Made by a program: the position numbers and the translations under genes. Shown here piece by piece: positions 57,946 through 64,000 of a stretch of 64,000 nucleotides of DNA. Numbering within the stretch: the first letter of the stretch is position 1; every line of letters starts with the position of its first letter. Origin of the DNA: Candidatus Latescibacterota bacterium (GTDB lineage: Bacteria; Latescibacterota; UBA2968; GCA-2709665); NCBI GenBank assembly GCA_965116875.1, contig OZ220733.1:1088001-1152000 (forward strand). The letters run 5' to 3'. A model generated the notes under the pieces. It saw only the letters and a list, made by a program, of their open reading frames with translations, did no database searches and was not told the origin of the DNA.

Positions 57946-58064
57946 CGGAAAGCCCGCGCGTGACAGGAACCGCATGGTATCGCTGTGAGAAACGGTACAA
58001 ATGGAGCGAATCCCGCTATGCCGGCACGTCGCCGTTTCGGGAGGGTTTTTCGTACGGGTAACCC

Positions 58065-59660
58065 ATGACCATGGAGACGAAACGTCGCGTCGGATCCGCC
58101 CTTCTCGCGGCGACTATCTTCCTTGCGATTTTCGCGGGCCGGGAAACGACGGCGCAGGTCGCAGGGTTCGACCCGGAAGCCCTGGCGAAGCAATTCGTGG
58201 GCTACGATGTCTCCAGAAACGCGGGAAAGGGGTATTCCGAGAGCGCGAGTTCCGCGACGCTGGCGTGGGGTGAAAGCTATCTGCTGAACGCCTACGTCAA
58301 GATGTACCGGGTTACCCGCTATACACGCTGGCTGGACAAGGTCGTGGACCACTTCGACCGGATGGTCGCCAATATGAGCGACCACGACGGCGACGGAATC
58401 CCCGGGTGGCACACCGACCGGTATTCCGTGTCGCGGATGCGGGCCGAATCGCTGCACAACCGGGGGACGGCGTCGATCACGCCGTTAGAGGCCACCGTCA
58501 CGAATATTCAGAAGGCCCACGAGGCGATCGACGCGGAGTTCATCGTCGAACGGGTGGCATCGAACCGGTACGTGGTGCAGGACCTCACCCGTGGCAAAGT
58601 GGTCTTTGACGGTCCATATTCTTTGGGCCGAAACATCCCGGGCATTCCCGGTTTCGAACTCCGGCTGGACAGGATCCCCGAGATCGGAGACAGGTTCCGC
58701 GTGGAAACGTGGGCGGTGCGCCCCCTGGAATACGCCGTACACGAAGGGATGATCCTGTACCCCATCGCGCAGTTTATCGAACTGGCCCTCAGTGACGAGA
58801 GCCTGATGGCGCGCTACGGGGAAAAGGCGCGCGATTACCTCGGTTTGATCGAAGAGCACGTGTTGAGAAAGCAGGAGCGCCATTGGGTGCAGATGGCGCC
58901 CGGCATGGGGGCCTACCGGTTTACCGAATCGTCGGCCGAACGATACCCCAACCGCATCCTCCCCCACAACCAGTACCTCGCGCTCGGCCGCGTCTATCTT
59001 GTGCTGAAAGACGTGTCGGACGAGCCGCTGTTCGAGGAGCGCGCCCGGCAGATGGCCGCGTACTTCAAGGATTCCCTGAAGGAAACGGGCGATGCGTATA
59101 CCTGGGCTTACTGGGACTGGGTGGAGGCGGGCAGGCCTGATCAGAGCGGCACGGAGGACACGAGCCACGGGCACATCGACGTGGAGTTCGCCGTCGAGGC
59201 CTACCGGCGGGGCGTTGTCTTCACCCGTGCGGACATGCTCCGGTTCGCCCGGACGCTGACGGACCGGATGTGGAACGGGTCGCTTTCGAATCCGACGATC
59301 GGTTCCCGGGTCGACCGGCAGGACGGCGACGCGACGATCATCCGGGGCTGGATCGAGCTGTGCCGCTGGGACGCGCGGATCTGGGACATCTACTGGGCGC
59401 TGTTCAACCGCATCGGCAGACCCGGGCTGGAAATCCCGCACATCCTTCACGCCAGGGCCGTGCTTGACGGTCCCCCCGAGGTGAGATCGGCGGACTTCAA
59501 CGGCGACAGGCAGGTGGATTTCAGGGATTTTCTGGCATTCGCGCGTCATTTCGGTTTGACGTCGGATTCCGCTTCATACGACGGAAGGTACGATCTGGAC
59601 GGCGACGGAAACGTCGACTTCGCGGACTTTCTTGCATTCGCCGACGCATTCGGTACCTGA
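58065..59660 (+). CDS. Secreted alpha-helical (glycosidase-like) protein with C-terminal dockerin/EF-hand-like pair
   Basis: Signal peptide; LAWGESY, EDTSHG; ADFNGDRQVDFRDF / DLDGDGNVDFADF. Confidence 0.7.
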   Translation: MTMETKRRVGSALLAATIFLAIFAGRETTAQVAGFDPEALAKQFVGYDVSRNAGKGYSESASSATLAWGESYLLNAYVKMYRVTRYTRWLDKVVDHFDRMVANMSDHDGDGIPGWHTDRYSVSRMRAESLHNRGTASITPLEATVTNIQKAHEAIDAEFIVERVASNRYVVQDLTRGKVVFDGPYSLGRNIPGIPGFELRLDRIPEIGDRFRVETWAVRPLEYAVHEGMILYPIAQFIELALSDESLMARYGEKARDYLGLIEEHVLRKQERHWVQMAPGMGAYRFTESSAERYPNRILPHNQYLALGRVYLVLKDVSDEPLFEERARQMAAYFKDSLKETGDAYTWAYWDWVEAGRPDQSGTEDTSHGHIDVEFAVEAYRRGVVFTRADMLRFARTLTDRMWNGSLSNPTIGSRVDRQDGDATIIRGWIELCRWDARIWDIYWALFNRIGRPGLEIPHILHARAVLDGPPEVRSADFNGDRQVDFRDFLAFARHFGLTSDSASYDGRYDLDGDGNVDFADFLAFADAFGT

Positions 59661-59689
59661 GGAAACCGGCAATTCAGGAGATCTCTGCA

Positions 59690-60826
59690 GTGCCAATGTT
59701 CGAACTTCCAGAGGGACGACTTTCGTTTCGGACTTTCGGCCGGTTGACCTGGCTCTGCGCAAAGATCGCCGTAGGCGTCGCTTGCGTCGTGGTACCGTTC
59801 GGTTACGCGATCACCGGCGTACACAAGGACGTCCTCATGGGGGCGGGTTCCGGGCTCGCGTTCGGCATCGGCCTGGGCCTTCGCATGGGACAGCGTGCCG
59901 GTCTGTCCACGGGCATCCTGATCGGTTCGGCGGCCGGGCTGATCACCGCGCTTCTGGCCGGCGTCATTCCCCAGGACGGTACACTCTTCATCGTACCGCC
60001 CGTCGTCGCGCTGGCCGTGGGTCTGGCTGACGGCATTGTTCCGAAAGTCCACAGTGGATACCGGCGCGCCGTCCTCGAGTCCCTGACGATGTCCGTCCTG
60101 CTTGGATTGGGTCTGCTGCCAGGGCTGGGACATTCTGGGCTGGTGTCGTCCCTGATGGTCATGCCGCCAACGGCACTCATCGCCGGCTCGTACGGACAGA
60201 TCGCCGCCAGGCGTCCTTTCCGTCCGCCGGTGTTGCTCATACTTGGATCCGTGGCGATGTGGGCCTCTGTGATCCTCCTGGCGGCGCACGAGTTCGAGGG
60301 GTCCGCTGTCCGGATCAATCACGTCCCGGTCAGTCCGTTTCTGATCTCAACGGTCTATATCGTCGTGTGCATGCTTTTCGTACCCGTCGCCGTGTTCCTG
60401 GCCGGACGGGTTGCAGCGGTGTGGATTCAGCCCCGGCTGCGAGTCTACAGACAACTCACCGAGTACCTGAGGGTGATGTGGGTGCCCATCGGGAGCTTTG
60501 CCATCGGGTACCTGACGCTTATCGTCCTGTTTGCCGGCTTCTACGGCATGCTGGGGCGTTTCAGCCAGGAAGCGTTCTCCGGGGACGCCGCCGCATCCGG
60601 CATCATCGACTGGATTGCATTCTCTTTCTTTACTTCCCTGGCAAGGGACTACTCGGAAATCATCCCCCAATCCCTGGCGGCGCGGGCGCTGGTCGCCGGC
60701 CACCTGGTCCTTTCCATCGGGTGGGGCCTGGTCGTGTTCGCCGCCGTGATGTCTTACATCCAGCCGCAGATCGAGCGGATCGCCAGGCGGGAGAAAACCG
60801 GCGGCGGCGATGCCGCGTCGACATGA
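59690..60826 (+). CDS. Multi-pass membrane protein with degenerate 2TM ion-channel-like C-terminal domain
   Basis: Gly-rich TM segments; LFAGFY...FSFFTSLARDYSEIIPQSLAARAL resembles the pore-helix region. Confidence 0.65.
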   Translation: MPMFELPEGRLSFRTFGRLTWLCAKIAVGVACVVVPFGYAITGVHKDVLMGAGSGLAFGIGLGLRMGQRAGLSTGILIGSAAGLITALLAGVIPQDGTLFIVPPVVALAVGLADGIVPKVHSGYRRAVLESLTMSVLLGLGLLPGLGHSGLVSSLMVMPPTALIAGSYGQIAARRPFRPPVLLILGSVAMWASVILLAAHEFEGSAVRINHVPVSPFLISTVYIVVCMLFVPVAVFLAGRVAAVWIQPRLRVYRQLTEYLRVMWVPIGSFAIGYLTLIVLFAGFYGMLGRFSQEAFSGDAAASGIIDWIAFSFFTSLARDYSEIIPQSLAARALVAGHLVLSIGWGLVVFAAVMSYIQPQIERIARREKTGGGDAAST

Positions 60827-60840
60827 CTCGCGCGTGACGG

Positions 60841-63291
60841 ATGAATCGGAGGGCAGCCATGCTGAAACTGGAGGTTTTGCAGATTGCGGTGAACCGCGTG
60901 CGGTTGGGAGTGGATCTCGCGGGTCACCCCGGCGCCCGGATGTACCGGTCGCGGCGCGCATCCGGCCCCTATGAAGAGATCGGGGTGGCGTTCGACGAGA
61001 CATACGACGACACGGTGCATCTGGAGCCTGGCCGGACGTATTACTACCTGGGTGTGGCATGGCGGGCGCCCAGCCTGTATCCGGAAGCGAACAGCCTTAA
61101 AGAGGGAACTCCCATTCGTGTCGCGGTGCCCCGCGCGCAGAAGGAACAGCGTTTCGAGCTGACGGAAAACCGCGGGGAATTCACGATCTCCATGGGCGGG
61201 TACCTGGACGAATCCAACTCGGTTACGGTGGGACCGGAAGTCTACTGTCCCGGTCCGAATTCGAGCATGCCGCCGTACGACCAGGTCTTCGAGCCCAACC
61301 AGTACGTGGTCATCGAGAACCGGGGAGAGACGGACGTGGTGAACCCGTGGGTGGTGGCCAACGGGCAGCGGGACTGGTGGTCCGTGGAGACGATGACGGA
61401 AGAAATCGCCGGCATCGCCGGGGGCGGCCGGTTGAGCGACCGCGACAAGATGATGGCGATCTGGAAATTCGTGGTCGACGAACTCTACGACAGCCGGATT
61501 GGAATGTCCTGGTTCGACCAGACCAGCGATCCGGTCAGACTCTTCAACGTATACGGCTTCGAGGGCTGCGTGGCCAACGCGATCACCAGCCGGCGCCTGG
61601 CGGAACAGATGGGCGTGAAGAGCCGGGAAATCTGGCTGGGCGGCACCGTCGACGGATACGGACGCGGGCGCAGTTGCGGGCACGATATCTTCGAGGCGTT
61701 CGCGGACGGGGCCTGGCATTTTCTGGATACGGACCTGATGGTGTTCTTTCTGAATCGCGACAACACCACGGTTGCCGGCTCCGGGGACCTGTCGCGGGAT
61801 ATCGACCTGCTGCGCCGCTCCCATCGCAATCTGGGCCTGTGCGGGCGAGACATGCCCGAGAAGGACTATTACTACACGCCCTTCCGGGACGGCCAGTACG
61901 TCTATCCGCCCAACAAGGGCGGCGCATGGATGGACCCGGCGGGAAAGATAAAGCAGACGCCAGGGGAATTCCCGCCCGCGCGGACCATGGCGCTGCGCCT
62001 CCGGCCGGGAGAGAAACTCGTCCGCTACTGGGACAACGTTGGCAAGAACGTGATCCGGGGGCGGCGTCTCTATCCGGCGGTTCGCTATTCCAACGGAAAA
62101 CTGGCCTACCACCCGGACCTGCGCAGCCCGCTCGCACTGAACGGGACCGAATCGGCCATGAACGTCACCCAGGAACCCTCAGGCAGACGCGTTGCGCTGC
62201 ATCCGGAGAAGCAGGGCGAGGTTTCAGAGGTGGTGTGGCGGGTGGCGTCGCCCTACGCGATTGCCGGAGCGCGGGTGGGCATCCGGTGTCGATGCGACAC
62301 GCAGGAAGACGGTCTGGAAGTGCTGTTTTCCAAAGACGGCGAGGAGTGGCGGTCCGTGTGGGTCGCCATCGGCCGTCGGCTGGACGCCTGCGTGAACCTG
62401 GACTGGTACCTGAATCCCGCGCTGAACGACTGGCGCGGCGAGACGGACCTCGGATGGCGGATGGGGCCGTGCTATCAGTACTATATCAAGGTGGCCATGT
62501 GGGCGGGGTCCCGGCCCCGCGGAGTGGGACTGGACGCGATCCGATTCGATACGGACATCCAGTGCGCCACGCGGTCCCTTCCGTCGCTGTTCTGCGGCGA
62601 GAATACGATCGCCTACCGGGACCACACGCCGGGGCCCAGAAACGTGCGGGTGACGTACGGATGGCGGGAAGAACGATCCATCCGCCCGCCGGGCGCGCCC
62701 GGTCCGGTCTTTCCCGAGGATGGGTCGGACGTCGACCGGCTGGACTTCGAGTTTCGCTGGAAGCGTCCGCGCGGGGGCAGTGGAAAGGTGGATGACTACC
62801 ACGTCCAGGTCAGCCGGTACGCTGATTTCAGATGGTGCGTATGTCCCGCGTTCGACCGATACGTGGGAAGGACCGCATACGCGGGCGGCACGAAATGGCA
62901 GGCGGAGTTTCCGAATCTCCTGAATCCGGACGAGCTCTATTACTGGCGCGTGCGGGCACGGAACGAAAAGGGCGTGTGGGGAGGCTGGAGCGAAGTGCGT
63001 TCCTTCGTGCCCCACGGCCCGTGTCTCCCGGTGGATCTCAGGGTAGAGGGCCGGGGCGGAAATCGATCGCTGGTCTGGTCCGCGAACGAAAACGGGAATC
63101 CGGCGGTGCGCTATCGGGTTCACGGGTGCGGGGAGCCCGGCGGATTCTCCGCCACGGATGAGAATCAGCTGGATACAGTCGATCAAACCCGCTGGCCGCT
63201 GAACGGCGCGGAGAAGGGCCTGTCCTATCGGGTCGTGGCGGTGGATGCCGGCGGCGTCGCGAGTACGCCGTCGGAATACATAACTGTGTGA
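60841..63291 (+). CDS. FN3-like + transglutaminase-like protein
   Basis: LEPGRTYYY, YYWRVRARN..WGGWS, YRVVAVD (FN3-like); YGFEGC...GHDIFEAF..GAWHFLDTD (Cys-His-Asp); start may be 60859. Confidence 0.7.
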   Translation: MNRRAAMLKLEVLQIAVNRVRLGVDLAGHPGARMYRSRRASGPYEEIGVAFDETYDDTVHLEPGRTYYYLGVAWRAPSLYPEANSLKEGTPIRVAVPRAQKEQRFELTENRGEFTISMGGYLDESNSVTVGPEVYCPGPNSSMPPYDQVFEPNQYVVIENRGETDVVNPWVVANGQRDWWSVETMTEEIAGIAGGGRLSDRDKMMAIWKFVVDELYDSRIGMSWFDQTSDPVRLFNVYGFEGCVANAITSRRLAEQMGVKSREIWLGGTVDGYGRGRSCGHDIFEAFADGAWHFLDTDLMVFFLNRDNTTVAGSGDLSRDIDLLRRSHRNLGLCGRDMPEKDYYYTPFRDGQYVYPPNKGGAWMDPAGKIKQTPGEFPPARTMALRLRPGEKLVRYWDNVGKNVIRGRRLYPAVRYSNGKLAYHPDLRSPLALNGTESAMNVTQEPSGRRVALHPEKQGEVSEVVWRVASPYAIAGARVGIRCRCDTQEDGLEVLFSKDGEEWRSVWVAIGRRLDACVNLDWYLNPALNDWRGETDLGWRMGPCYQYYIKVAMWAGSRPRGVGLDAIRFDTDIQCATRSLPSLFCGENTIAYRDHTPGPRNVRVTYGWREERSIRPPGAPGPVFPEDGSDVDRLDFEFRWKRPRGGSGKVDDYHVQVSRYADFRWCVCPAFDRYVGRTAYAGGTKWQAEFPNLLNPDELYYWRVRARNEKGVWGGWSEVRSFVPHGPCLPVDLRVEGRGGNRSLVWSANENGNPAVRYRVHGCGEPGGFSATDENQLDTVDQTRWPLNGAEKGLSYRVVAVDAGGVASTPSEYITV

Positions 63292-63331
63292 GCGGAATCT
63301 GCATTGGCGTCGTTTATTCAAAGAACCACAA

Positions 63332-63364
63332 CTCACATGGATGGACAGGATAGGCAGGATGAAA
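63332..63364. repeat. ATCC-N5 periodic motif, copy B
   Basis: CTCACATGGATGGACAGGATAGGCAGGATGAAA, inverted relative to 36286-36318. Confidence 0.6.
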
Positions 63365-63488
63365 ACCTTTCGGGATCAAGCAGGACTGGCTCGTCGCCAA
63401 CGCGAATTTATCGAAAAACAACCGGCTAAAAGACACAACCACCTGTCTTCGTGAAAGACTCACCTTTGTTGCAGATAGGGGGAAACGT

Positions 63489-64000
63489 ATGTCAGGACGA
63501 GAATATAGTGCGGTGATCGTGGGGCTGACGGGAATCGGGGCCAGACGTCCTGCGGAGGCGGAGGGATTGCCGCTGTACGGCGCGATGCCCATGTCGCACG
63601 CCTCGGCGTATTACCGGTGTCCCCAGACCCGGCTTGTGGGTGTCTGCGACCTGCGAGAGGAGGCGCTGGACGGTTTCCGGGAAAGCTGGAACGATGTGTG
63701 GCCGGAGATGCGCTACTATGTGGATTATCGGGAGATGCTGGAAGCCGAAAACCCCGATCTGGTGAGCGTCGCCACGTCGGACCACCTCCACGCCGATATC
63801 GTGGTGGACGCGGCAAAGCGCGGTACGGCCGCCATTCTCTGCGAAAAACCGCTTGCAACCACGCTCGAGGACGCCGACAGGATGATTGAAGCGACCGAAG
63901 CCAGCGGGACCGTTCTTTCGGTGGATCACTCCCGGCGGTGGTACCCTCACTACCTCAAGGCGCGCGAGATCCTCCGCAGCGGCGAGATCGGACCGCTGCG
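63489..64000 (+). CDS. Gfo/Idh/MocA oxidoreductase (partial, runs off the window)
   Basis: Manual translation MSGREYSAVIVGLTGIG...VGVCD...PDLVSVATSDHLH...ILCEKPLA...VDHSRRW. Confidence 0.9.
   Translation, partial: MSGREYSAVIVGLTGIGARRPAEAEGLPLYGAMPMSHASAYYRCPQTRLVGVCDLREEALDGFRESWNDVWPEMRYYVDYREMLEAENPDLVSVATSDHLHADIVVDAAKRGTAAILCEKPLATTLEDADRMIEATEASGTVLSVDHSRRWYPHYLKAREILRSGEIGPL

Noticed and set aside
1-64000. tRNA, rRNA, transposase, integrase or prophage genes
   Set aside because: No cloverleaf/T-loop context, rRNA-like tract or matching protein motifs seen by eye; a covariance-model scan would be needed to exclude small RNAs

Overview
GC-rich, gene-dense chromosomal segment from a diderm bacterium. 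The gene content (GWxTD/TPR protein, paired DxDxDG-VDFxDF dockerin/EF-hand-like modules, three Gfo/Idh/MocA oxidoreductases, heparinase II/III-like, sialidase, CocE/NonD and PLP enzymes) resembles Latescibacterota/Gemmatimonadota-type genomes; this is inference. About 50 credible CDSs, mostly catabolic and envelope functions. I found no rRNA, tRNA, CRISPR array, transposase, integrase or reverse transcriptase. Main points: (1) a secreted protein built as dockerin-like pair + 8 near-identical 87-aa Ig (Big_2) repeats + DM13-like tip, followed by a beta-barrel-like outer-membrane gene; (2) a PTS-IIA / P-II-like / twin CPA2 antiporter / BCCT / TonB receptor run; (3) a 162-bp rod-like palindromic MITE in two full copies plus fragments, with a compensatory base change; (4) an internally duplicated CPBP protease and a nested DUF2341/LamG/7-blade propeller protein; (5) unannotated remnants of mazF, vapC and a Zn-dependent dehydrogenase; (6) several dispersed intergenic repeats. 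All product calls come from motif recognition by eye, not database searches.
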